A stretch of DNA of 27,387 nucleotides, from IMG/VR virus record IMGVR_UViG_3300037313_001273, positions 1 to 27,387 of that record; one strand, given 5' to 3'. Of this stretch, positions 16,851 to 24,920 are shown in pieces. Every line of letters starts with the position of its first letter. The first letter of the stretch is position 1. Below the pieces are notes generated by a model. That model ran no database searches. It was not told the origin of the DNA and saw only the letters and a list, made by a program, of their open reading frames with translations. Made by a program: the position numbers and the translations under genes. The stretch is from a virus (taxonomy: Duplodnaviria; Caudoviricetes).

Positions 16851-17632
16851 TGCTCGATGGCAAGGAGTTCGGGGAAGAGATTGTCTCCATCGTTCGCGGC
16901 TACGTCGAGCGGGAGATCGGGCCCGTCAAGGCGGAGAATGCAGCGCTGAAGGAGCGCGTTGCCGCGCTGGAGGCACGGCCGGCGCCAGAGAAGGGTGACC
17001 GCGGCGAGGATGGGGCGAATGGCGCGGATGGGGTTTCTCCGGAACCGGAGGCAATCGCGGCCGCACTTCTGCCGATCGCCGAGGAACTGATCGCACACGA
17101 GGTCTCGAAAGCAGTTGCGGCTCTTCCTCCGCCGGAGCGCGGCGAAAAGGGCGAACCTGGAGAGCGCGGCGAAAAGGGCGAGCCGGGTTTCGATGGCGCA
17201 AACGGCAAGGACGGTGCGGGCGTTGTCGATGGCTTCCTCAGCCGGGAAGGCCACTTAATCGTAACGCTGTCCGACGGCTCGACGCGGGACATGGGCGAAG
17301 TCGTCGGCAAGGACGGTCACGACGGCGAACCGGGCAAGGACGGGCGCGACGGCTTCAACCTCGAGGATTTCGACTGCGAAGTGGTCGACGAGCGCACGAT
17401 CAACCTCAAGTTCGTGCATGGCGAACTCTCGCACAGCTACGAGCTCGTCTTTCCCGTGCCCGTCTACAAGGACGTCTACAAGGAAGGCGCCACCTATTCG
17501 CGCGGCGACATGGTCACGTGGGGCGGATCGCTTTGGCATTGCGATTCCGAAACCAAGGACAAGCCGGGAACTGAAAGCTGGACGCTCGCGGTCAAAAAGG
17601 GCCGCGACGGCAAGGACGCGAAAACACTTTGA
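16850..17632 (+). CDS. Coiled-coil and collagen-like (Gly-X-Y) virion protein
   Basis: GEKGEPGERGEKGEPG and GKDGRDG repeats; C-terminal GDMVTWGGSLWHC..W.LAVKKGRDG. Confidence 0.8.
   Translation: MLDGKEFGEEIVSIVRGYVEREIGPVKAENAALKERVAALEARPAPEKGDRGEDGANGADGVSPEPEAIAAALLPIAEELIAHEVSKAVAALPPPERGEKGEPGERGEKGEPGFDGANGKDGAGVVDGFLSREGHLIVTLSDGSTRDMGEVVGKDGHDGEPGKDGRDGFNLEDFDCEVVDERTINLKFVHGELSHSYELVFPVPVYKDVYKEGATYSRGDMVTWGGSLWHCDSETKDKPGTESWTLAVKKGRDGKDAKTL
17135..17181 (+). repeat. 20-bp direct repeat in the collagen-coding region
   Basis: GAGCGCGGCGAAAAGGGCGA at 17135..17154 and 17162..17181. Confidence 0.8.
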
Positions 17633-17644
17633 GGGAGTAGACCA

Positions 17645-18079
17645 ATGGCCTTCGGAACGACCACGGCGAATGCAATCCTCGCGTTGATCTTCAACGCCAC
17701 GGCATGGGCCAACTACGCCGATAACGCGGGAACGTCGCCGCAGACCAACATCGCGACGGCGTTGCATACTGCGGACCCGGGTGCCGGCGGTACACAGTCT
17801 ACCTCCGAGAGCGCGTACACGAACTACGCGCGGCAGAATGTGGCCAGGACGACGAGCGGATTCTCGGCGCCGTCGTCGGGCGCGACGGCTTTGGTGGCCA
17901 ACCTGGATTTCCCGTCGAGCGGCGCTTCGGGAACCACGATCACCTACGGCAGCTTCGGCAAAACTGGCGGCGGCGCTACGGCAATACTCGTCAGTGGAGC
18001 AATCAGTCCGAATATCTCAATCCCCGCAGCTGGCGTGATTCCGCGTCTGACGACGGCGAGCACGGTCACGCTGACCTGA
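17645..18079 (+). CDS. Small beta-rich virion structural / fibre-associated protein
   Basis: ALHTADPG..E..YTNYARQ.V motif typical of phage minor structural proteins; GGGAG RBS. Confidence 0.7.
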   Translation: MAFGTTTANAILALIFNATAWANYADNAGTSPQTNIATALHTADPGAGGTQSTSESAYTNYARQNVARTTSGFSAPSSGATALVANLDFPSSGASGTTITYGSFGKTGGGATAILVSGAISPNISIPAAGVIPRLTTASTVTLT

Positions 18080-18082
18080 TCA

Positions 18083-18553
18083 ATGGCCCGATCTTCTGAA
18101 TTTAGGTCCGCGTTGGCGAGCGGAGACGTTCGGCTGGTGCGCAAGATGGCTGCGCGGGCATTTCCGCATTTGCCGCAGCCGCAAACCGACGATGAGGCCG
18201 AGGCCCTTATGCATGTCGCGCGCACTGAGATGGCATCGCTTCCGCTCAAGCTGCGTGCGTGGTCTCACAGATGGCTCACTGAACGAGGCCTGCCGTCACA
18301 TCTCCCTGACGAGCTCAAGCCAAAGGCGGAGCGGCTCTACCCGGTGATCGCCGAGGGCGTGCTGGTCGCCGTCATGGTTCAAGACGAGGAAATGAGGCCG
18401 TTCGCGAAAGAGCTTGAACGCAGAATGAGCGCCGCCGTCGAGGACGCATACGCGAACGGCGACACTGCGCCAGCGATCGTGCGGCAGAGAATGCGAGAAG
18501 CTCGCTCTCGCGCATACCGGGAGCTTCTCGGCAGCACAGCAGGAGCAATTTAA
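18083..18553 (+). CDS. Hypothetical helical protein (156 aa)
   Basis: Tightly packed in the late operon. Confidence 0.75.
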   Translation: MARSSEFRSALASGDVRLVRKMAARAFPHLPQPQTDDEAEALMHVARTEMASLPLKLRAWSHRWLTERGLPSHLPDELKPKAERLYPVIAEGVLVAVMVQDEEMRPFAKELERRMSAAVEDAYANGDTAPAIVRQRMREARSRAYRELLGSTAGAI

Positions 18554-18807
18554 TGGGAAAGAAAGCGTCGAAAACGCGGATTGCCGCAGCGACGATGTCG
18601 GCTGGCTCGAACGCCTCCATCGGCCCTGGCCTGACGGGCAAGATGATCGAAGACGCGATGAGCAAGGCAACGTTGGACGCGCTTGCTGGCGGCGTGACCG
18701 ATCCACAGAAGATCCTGAAGTTGAAGCTCGCCGCGCGCGACAAGCTCGTGGCCGAGCATCGCAAAAAGGAGGCGGCGGCAGCGAAGGCCGCGTCTCGCGG
18801 CAAGTAG
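18553..18807 (+). CDS. Hypothetical basic protein (84 aa), paralogous to the C-terminus of the upstream gene
   Basis: AGGAG RBS, TAATG overlap; 12/30 ungapped identities with the upstream protein. Confidence 0.75.
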   Translation: MGKKASKTRIAAATMSAGSNASIGPGLTGKMIEDAMSKATLDALAGGVTDPQKILKLKLAARDKLVAEHRKKEAAAAKAASRGK

Positions 18808-18824
18808 GCTGATCGGCGACCGGG

Positions 18825-21509
18825 GTGGCCACCACAACCGTCCTGCTCTCGACGACGGGCGCGGGCTCATGGACGCTTCCCAGCGACTGCGACGTAAGCG
18901 GCTATTTCGAGATCGTCGCGATCGGCGGTGGCGCAGGCGGCTCTCGCTCCACTAACGGCAGCACGACCTCGGCCTATGGTGGCGGTGGCGGGGCCATTGC
19001 CCTTTCGCGACCCTCTCTTTCGGGCAAGACGCCGGGCACAACCTCGGCGTTTATCAGCGTCGGCACCAAAGGAACCGGCGCGACAGCCTCCAACAGCCTC
19101 GGCGGGTCTGGCGCTGATACGTGGTTCAACTTCGCGGCCAATTCTGCTCCGACGCTCGCGAGCAACGGAGCGTTGGCGAAGGGCGCTCCAGCGCCGACGA
19201 CCACGAGTAGCTCTGGCGGCGCTGCGGGAAGCTCTGTCGGCGATCTCACGTCATCGGGCGGCGGCGGCAATAATTCCTCGGCGACCGGCAGCGGCGCTGG
19301 TGGCGGCGGCGGCGGCAGCGCCGGCTCCATTGCCCTACTCCTCGCGCTCAGCCGAGGTGGCAACGGCGGTCAGGGCGCGGGCGGGACTGGCGATTTTGGC
19401 GGCGGCGGCGGTGGTGGAACGCTCGCGAACGGCGCGACCGCCACGACTATCAACGGTGCCAACGGCGGCACCGGATATAAAGGCGCGTCGGTCTCTGGCG
19501 GCGCTGGCGCGGGGTCAAGTGGTGCCGACGGCGGCGGAGGCGCAGGCGGCGCTGGCCGCAACACGAATAGCGCGGTAGCTTTCGCGGGCGGTCAAGGCGG
19601 CGCAGGCACCGAACGTTTCATTGGCACCACTGACGGGACCAATTTATTCAGTTCTGGATCGGCGACGTTCGGCACCGGCAGCAGCTACAGTGGCGGAACG
19701 ATCACCTGCACGTCTGTTGCCGGAAACACGCTTATCTTTCGGCAGAGCGGCTTTACCAACGGCAGCCGCTACCGGATCAAGTTTGACTTCACGCAAAGCG
19801 CCGGCTCGGCGAACTTCCGCGCCAATCTGTCCACCACCGTGGGTGCCGACGTTGCCGGGACGCAGACGCCACCGGCCTCGTCCGGTACCATCATCTTTGA
19901 CGTGCTCGCCGATGCAAACGGCGTCATCGCAATCGAGACCGACGCAGCGGGCACATTCACCGGCACGCTTTCGAATATCGACATTGAGCTATTCAGCAGC
20001 TTCACCAGCGCTGTCGGCTCTGGCGGCGGCGGCGGCGGCGGAGGCGGTTCGAACAACACAGGAGCAACTGGCGGAGCGGGCGGAGCTGCGGCTAATTATG
20101 GTGGCGGCGGCGGTTCAGGCGGCAATGCCGCAACATCCGGCAATGGCGGCGATGGCGCGCAGGGCGCGATCATCATCACCTATACCGTTTCAACGGGAAG
20201 TTCTCTGGCTGCTCCAGGATCAGCAGCTTCCTCACTTTCGGCGAATGCAATTGCTACGGCATCAGATGCTGCAGCGGGCGCTGCCTCGCCGAGCCTTTCT
20301 GGGCAATCGGTATCTGCTGCAGCTCTGAGTACGTCTGGAGCGGCGGTGGTCTCGCCGACGGGCCGGGCAATATCTGGCGCGTCCATCGCCTTCGCAGGCA
20401 CGGCGGCTGACGCTCCTGTCGGTCAGGCGATCGAGGCTGCATCGCTGGCGCCTGCCGGAACCGCAGCCCTATCTCCGGCTGGCGCGGCAACAGAACAGGC
20501 GGCCTTGGCGGGCGCCGGGACGGCAACTGAAGCGCCGGTTGGGCAGTCGGTCGCAACCGCCGCCTATGCTGGCTCAGGGGCGGCGACTGACGTCCCGGAA
20601 GGGCGAGCGGTCGAAACGGCCCCCTTGAGCGCGAGCGCCGTTGCCGACTTCCCCGGAGTCGGCGCGAGTGTCACGATTGCCTCTGGCGGGTTGTCCGCGG
20701 TTGAAACAGGATCGACTGCTCTTCAGGGAAGCACGTCGACAGAAGGGGCGCTCGGCGGAGCTGGTTCGAGCTCCACGGCTCTTGCTGGAATAGAAATTGC
20801 CGCCACGGCGCTGAGTTCATCTGGGGTAGCCTCTTCGGGACTGACGGGCCAGTCCACAGCGATGGCATCTCTGGCTACGGCAGGGACGGCCTCCGCCCAG
20901 CCGGTCGGCGTGGCCATCGAGTCTGGGGCCATCGCTGGTTCTGGGTCGGCAAGTGCCGTTCCCGATCCTCGTGCCGTCGAGGCAGCCGCGCTAGCTTGTG
21001 CTGGAGCGGGCTCATTTGCCGGTGATAGCAGTGGATCCTCGAATATTGCTTCGGCGGCCCTTTCTGCTGGCGGAGCAGCCTCGGTCTCAGATGCCGGCGC
21101 GGCGGTTGCATCGGGAGCTTGTTCTGCGTCAGCGGCGGCAAGCGCCGCGAACGATGGCCGGTGTGTAGCGGGTGGGGCAAGTTCCAACGCGGGATCGGGC
21201 CTCCTGAGCACTGGCGGCGGCGCGGTTCATGAGGCTGGCATATCGTCCTCATCCGCCGCGGTAACTTCGCTTTCGGCGAGCGCCTATGCCACGGGCGCTT
21301 CGATTTCAGCGGGTTTTGGCGTTCTTGTCGGCGATGGGCACTCGATCGGCGAGGCGTCCATCAATGCTTTTGCTGGCGCAGAATTCGACGGCATCAGCGT
21401 GATTATTCCAGTGCCTGAGAACAGAACGACCTACGCTGGCGAGAAGGCGAGCGACAGCGAGGCTGACGCAAGCCTGAGAACGACCTACGCACCGAAGAGG
21501 GCTGCATGA
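18825..21509 (+). CDS. Large Gly/Ala/Ser/Thr-rich fibre-like protein (Gly-rich domain, beta-sandwich insert, 20-aa repeats)
   Basis: 894-aa ORF with IGGGAGG and poly-Gly runs, then about 20-aa periodic repeats. Confidence 0.75.
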   Translation: MATTTVLLSTTGAGSWTLPSDCDVSGYFEIVAIGGGAGGSRSTNGSTTSAYGGGGGAIALSRPSLSGKTPGTTSAFISVGTKGTGATASNSLGGSGADTWFNFAANSAPTLASNGALAKGAPAPTTTSSSGGAAGSSVGDLTSSGGGGNNSSATGSGAGGGGGGSAGSIALLLALSRGGNGGQGAGGTGDFGGGGGGGTLANGATATTINGANGGTGYKGASVSGGAGAGSSGADGGGGAGGAGRNTNSAVAFAGGQGGAGTERFIGTTDGTNLFSSGSATFGTGSSYSGGTITCTSVAGNTLIFRQSGFTNGSRYRIKFDFTQSAGSANFRANLSTTVGADVAGTQTPPASSGTIIFDVLADANGVIAIETDAAGTFTGTLSNIDIELFSSFTSAVGSGGGGGGGGGSNNTGATGGAGGAAANYGGGGGSGGNAATSGNGGDGAQGAIIITYTVSTGSSLAAPGSAASSLSANAIATASDAAAGAASPSLSGQSVSAAALSTSGAAVVSPTGRAISGASIAFAGTAADAPVGQAIEAASLAPAGTAALSPAGAATEQAALAGAGTATEAPVGQSVATAAYAGSGAATDVPEGRAVETAPLSASAVADFPGVGASVTIASGGLSAVETGSTALQGSTSTEGALGGAGSSSTALAGIEIAATALSSSGVASSGLTGQSTAMASLATAGTASAQPVGVAIESGAIAGSGSASAVPDPRAVEAAALACAGAGSFAGDSSGSSNIASAALSAGGAASVSDAGAAVASGACSASAAASAANDGRCVAGGASSNAGSGLLSTGGGAVHEAGISSSSAAVTSLSASAYATGASISAGFGVLVGDGHSIGEASINAFAGAEFDGISVIIPVPENRTTYAGEKASDSEADASLRTTYAPKRAA

Positions 21510-22318
21510 CGATACGCCTTGAGCCCTCCAAGCGCCCAGAAGAAAGCAGGCGCTACCGTCATGTCTGGACTCCCTATTTGGGAGACGACACGATCGTCAG
21601 CGAAGTCACGACCGGCGACGGCGTGGATGTTGATGCCGTTATCGAGGCTGGCGAGCAGAGCGTAAAGTTCACCATTTCCGGCGGTGAGCTGGGCACTGTG
21701 GGTCGGATCGTTCACACGATCACGACGTTCGCCGGCGATGTCGAGACCGAAGAGTTTCTGATCGACATTGCGGCCGATGAACTCGTTTCGCTCACCGATG
21801 CCAAGCGCCAGGTCCGCATGGCGGAGGACGACAACGAGGACGCGTTCATCGCTTCTCTTATTGCCCCAGCCCGCGCCTATTGCGAGCGCTACAGCAGCCA
21901 TGTTTTCCTTGAGCGTTCAATCACCGAGACGTTCACCCGCTGGGGCGATTATCTGCTCTTGAGCAAGCGGCCGGTCATTAGCGTCGATGCAATTTCGTAT
22001 ATCGACACTGACGGAAACGAGCAGGACTACACCGGCTTCGTCGCGGCAGGCGATCCGGTCAGAATCTACCCGCCAGTCGGTGAGAGCTTTCCGGGCATGG
22101 CGGATGGCGGGACGGTAACTGTCGAATATACCGCGGGCTATCCAGACAACAGCACTTCGGAAGAGCCGCAACTCGCGCGACAGGCGATGCTCCTGCTCAT
22201 CGGCCATTGGTTCGAAAACCGGGAGTCGGTGATGGTCGATACCCGCGCGGTTGCGGTCGAAGTGCCGCAGACGGTGAACGACATTCTTGATCTCATCAGG
22301 CCGGTAGCGGCGTACTGA
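21506..22318 (+). CDS. Head-tail connector (gp6-like) with an extra N-terminal fibre-adaptor-like domain
   Basis: LVSLTDAKRQVR..LI..AR.YCE.Y..V.YTAGY..AMLLLIGHWFENRE; preceded by about 90 aa K.P.E..Y..W..ISGG. Confidence 0.85.
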   Translation: MTIRLEPSKRPEESRRYRHVWTPYLGDDTIVSEVTTGDGVDVDAVIEAGEQSVKFTISGGELGTVGRIVHTITTFAGDVETEEFLIDIAADELVSLTDAKRQVRMAEDDNEDAFIASLIAPARAYCERYSSHVFLERSITETFTRWGDYLLLSKRPVISVDAISYIDTDGNEQDYTGFVAAGDPVRIYPPVGESFPGMADGGTVTVEYTAGYPDNSTSEEPQLARQAMLLLIGHWFENRESVMVDTRAVAVEVPQTVNDILDLIRPVAAY

Positions 22319-22319
22319 G

Positions 22320-22652
22320 ATGCAGGCGGGCAAGAGGGACTGCGTCATCGCATTCATCGCGGCGACGGACACCACCGACGACTACAATGCGACAGTTGAG
22401 GACTGGGATGATCCGACGACACTGGCCACCCGAAACGCGCGGGTGACGTTCGGAACCGGCCAGGAGAAGCGGGAAGCGGCGCAGCAGGCGGCGAGCCAGT
22501 CGGCGACGTTCGAATGTGTGCGATCGCCAACGCTCGATGCCGTTCCGATGACCGCACGGATCAGCTTCGACGGGTCACAGTGGAATATCACGGAGCGGGC
22601 TCCGCTCGATCGCAAGACGATCCGCTTCACTGCGGTGAGGCTGGTAAGCTGA
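22320..22652 (+). CDS. Head closure / head-tail adaptor (SPP1 gp16-like)
   Basis: MQAGKRD..I.F..D..W..A..G.E..RI.FDG..WNI; position in the neck module. Confidence 0.8.
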   Translation: MQAGKRDCVIAFIAATDTTDDYNATVEDWDDPTTLATRNARVTFGTGQEKREAAQQAASQSATFECVRSPTLDAVPMTARISFDGSQWNITERAPLDRKTIRFTAVRLVS

Positions 22653-22653
22653 A

Positions 22654-23034
22654 ATGGATTGGCAGGGCGCGCTGATCGCGCGGGCCGTGGCGGCCTATCC
22701 GAAAACCTATTGGGTGAATGCTCCGCAAGGCGCGACGCTCCCTTACGCGACGCTGTTCGACGTGACCGAGCAGCGGCCGCAGACGCTCAGTGCCTACGAT
22801 CTCGAATTCGCCCGCGTGCAGGTCGATGCGTGGGGTCTGACCTATGCGCAGGTGCAAACCGGGATGGAGGCGCTCATCGCAGCGCTCGTTCCCGGCAACA
22901 CCAGCAACGGCCACACATTCCAGCGCGCGGACATCGCCCTCGGGCCGCGCGACGTTGGTGGTGAACGCGAGGGCGAAACGATCATCTACCGGAAGACGGC
23001 CGACCTGGTGATCGCCCACAGGCCGACATCGTAA
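22654..23034 (+). CDS. Tail terminator / completion protein (DUF3168-like)
   Basis: APQGATLPY, RVQVDAWG.TY; directly before the tail tube gene. Confidence 0.8.
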   Translation: MDWQGALIARAVAAYPKTYWVNAPQGATLPYATLFDVTEQRPQTLSAYDLEFARVQVDAWGLTYAQVQTGMEALIAALVPGNTSNGHTFQRADIALGPRDVGGEREGETIIYRKTADLVIAHRPTS

Positions 23035-23053
23035 GTTCCCAAGGAGAGACGAG

Positions 23054-23518
23054 ATGCCAACGACGGAAGCCCGCATCGGCTGGGGTGGGGCCGTGTTCCT
23101 GTCCACCGACGCTACTGAAGCCAACCTGACTGAACTCGCCGAGGTCGTGGACACCGACTTTCCGGAGGATCAGGCCGACGAGGAAGAGGTCACGCATCTC
23201 AAGTCGCCAGGGCGGCGCAAGGAATTCATCGCCGGGCTGATCGATGCGAACTCGGTCAGCGTGACGATGAACTATATCCCCGGCTCAGCCACCGATCTTC
23301 TGCTGACGGCCGCGAAGGTCGCCGGCACGACGCGCAAGGTCCGGTTCGAGATTCCGGACGACACCGGTAGCGGCTCGATTGACTGGAACATCACGACCAG
23401 TTGCTTCGTGAAGAGCTACCGCCCTGACAAGATGGCGGCCGGCACGAAGATGACCGCAACCGCCGTCCTTCGCATCACCGGCGCGCAGGAACAGGGGGCT
23501 GGCGCTTCCGGGTCGTGA
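23054..23518 (+). CDS. Tail tube (major tail) protein
   Basis: EVTHLKSPGRRKEFIAGLID..MNYIPG..L.ITG; AAGGAG RBS. Confidence 0.9.
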   Translation: MPTTEARIGWGGAVFLSTDATEANLTELAEVVDTDFPEDQADEEEVTHLKSPGRRKEFIAGLIDANSVSVTMNYIPGSATDLLLTAAKVAGTTRKVRFEIPDDTGSGSIDWNITTSCFVKSYRPDKMAAGTKMTATAVLRITGAQEQGAGASGS

Positions 23519-24201
23519 GCCTGATCGCTTTCCACGATGAGCAGCTTCTGTCGCTGGGGTGCAATCGGCTGAAGCTTGCGGTCGACTTCCGCGCACTGGA
23601 CCTCGCCGAGCATCTGGTCGGTGAAATTGTGCCGGAGATACTGCCGAAACTCTTCTCGGTTCGCCCCTCACTGGGCGCGTCGAGCAAGATGCTCTGGGCA
23701 ATGCTCCGGCGCCACCACGAGGAAATGACGCTTGATCAGGCCGGCGGCATCATCGTCAGCGAGCACTCCTCAAGCGCATTAGCTGCGATTCATGCGCTGC
23801 TGGGCCGAGCGCTCAATCTCGGGCGGTCTGAGGACAAAGGCGGGAAGCGCTCAGAAGCATCGTGGAGTATCGAGACCTTCCTAGTCGAATGGATTAGGCT
23901 CGGCGGCTCTCCTGCCGAGTTCTGGCTTCAGACGCCGCGGTCCTACGTCGTGATCATGGAAGGGATGGCCCGCGCTGCGACCATGCGCGTCGACCTCGCG
24001 ATCATGGAGGCGTGGCACACCGCGTCGTTTGCGCTCGGAATGTATGGCGGCAAGCTCAAGGGAAAACGTCTCTCCGATTTCCTGACGAGCTCAAGGGCGA
24101 CCGCCCCGACCGATTTCCGGTGGAAGCACGCGCAAGCCTTGGCTTTCTTCCACACGCTCCGCGAGCGCGGAGTGCAGATCGACATCAGCCGCGCGAATTA
24201 G
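23515..24201 (+). CDS. Tail assembly chaperone GT, with G and T parts fused in one frame
   Basis: G-like N-terminus (DF.ALD.AE..LWA.LRRHH..TLDQAG) continuing into a T-like part (G.SP.EFW..TPR..AW). Confidence 0.75.
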   Translation: MSLIAFHDEQLLSLGCNRLKLAVDFRALDLAEHLVGEIVPEILPKLFSVRPSLGASSKMLWAMLRRHHEEMTLDQAGGIIVSEHSSSALAAIHALLGRALNLGRSEDKGGKRSEASWSIETFLVEWIRLGGSPAEFWLQTPRSYVVIMEGMARAATMRVDLAIMEAWHTASFALGMYGGKLKGKRLSDFLTSSRATAPTDFRWKHAQALAFFHTLRERGVQIDISRAN

Positions 24202-24427
24202 GCTCAATGATCGCGGCGACGCAGGTGCCGACGGTGAAGATCGAAGCAACGATGGCAGCGGCAAGTCCGACCATGATGTCGAGCGATTGAACCTGCATCA
24301 GCTGCAGGTTGGCCGTGAAGGTGCCGTCTCCCGCCGAAACCGCGGTGCTGATCGAGAATCCGACGTAGAGAAAGTATGCGGCGATGAGCGCGAACACGAG
24401 CGCGAGGAAGCCAAGTCCGGTCGTCAT
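24185..24427 (-). CDS. Antisense two-TM membrane protein (moron-like, 80 aa)
   Basis: Two hydrophobic helices; fills the gap between tail genes on the opposite strand; ATG at 24427. Confidence 0.7.
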   Translation of the reverse strand: MTTGLGFLALVFALIAAYFLYVGFSISTAVSAGDGTFTANLQLMQVQSLDIMVGLAAAIVASIFTVGTCVAAIIEPNSRG

Positions 24428-24446
24428 GGCGGCAGGATAAACCAGC

Positions 24447-24911
24447 ATGTCGCTGACTGTCCATGTCGACGGACTCGATGGCCTTTTAGCGGCGTTGGAG
24501 GAGCTGCCTCGCCGTGCAACGCAGAAAGCGGTCGTCAGGCGAGCCCTCAAGCAAGCCGCCGAGCCGATCAGGGGTCTGTGGGCCGCACTGGCGCCTTACG
24601 ACGCGAGCGACTTGGGCCTTCACCTGCGGGATTCTGTCGTTGTGTCAGACAAGACGGTGTCCCGGCTCGGTGACCCGGGCGAGCCACCGGGCGCAGTCAC
24701 AGTCTACATCGGCCCCAACAAGAACTTGCCGCGACATCACGGCATCTTCATGGAATTCGGAACCTTCAAGGATCCGCCACAGCCTTCGGGCCGGCCAGCC
24801 TTTGATGCCCGCAAGGAAGAGGCGCTCAGTCAGCTGGCCTATTTCATGTGGGTCGAGATCGACGGGACAGCCCGGCGTCTCGCCGCCCGCGCGGCCAAGT
24901 TAGCGCTCTAG
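24447..24911 (+). CDS. HK97 gp10-like tail/neck component
   Basis: V.GL..L..LEEL, RAL..AA.P, AP..G.LRDS, EFGT..P.QP..RPAFD. Confidence 0.85.
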   Translation: MSLTVHVDGLDGLLAALEELPRRATQKAVVRRALKQAAEPIRGLWAALAPYDASDLGLHLRDSVVVSDKTVSRLGDPGEPPGAVTVYIGPNKNLPRHHGIFMEFGTFKDPPQPSGRPAFDARKEEALSQLAYFMWVEIDGTARRLAARAAKLAL

Positions 24912-24920
24912 AGGAAACAT

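Noticed and set aside
19255-20050. (GGC)n runs as microsatellites or contingency loci
   Set aside because: In-frame poly-Gly codons of the Gly-rich domain
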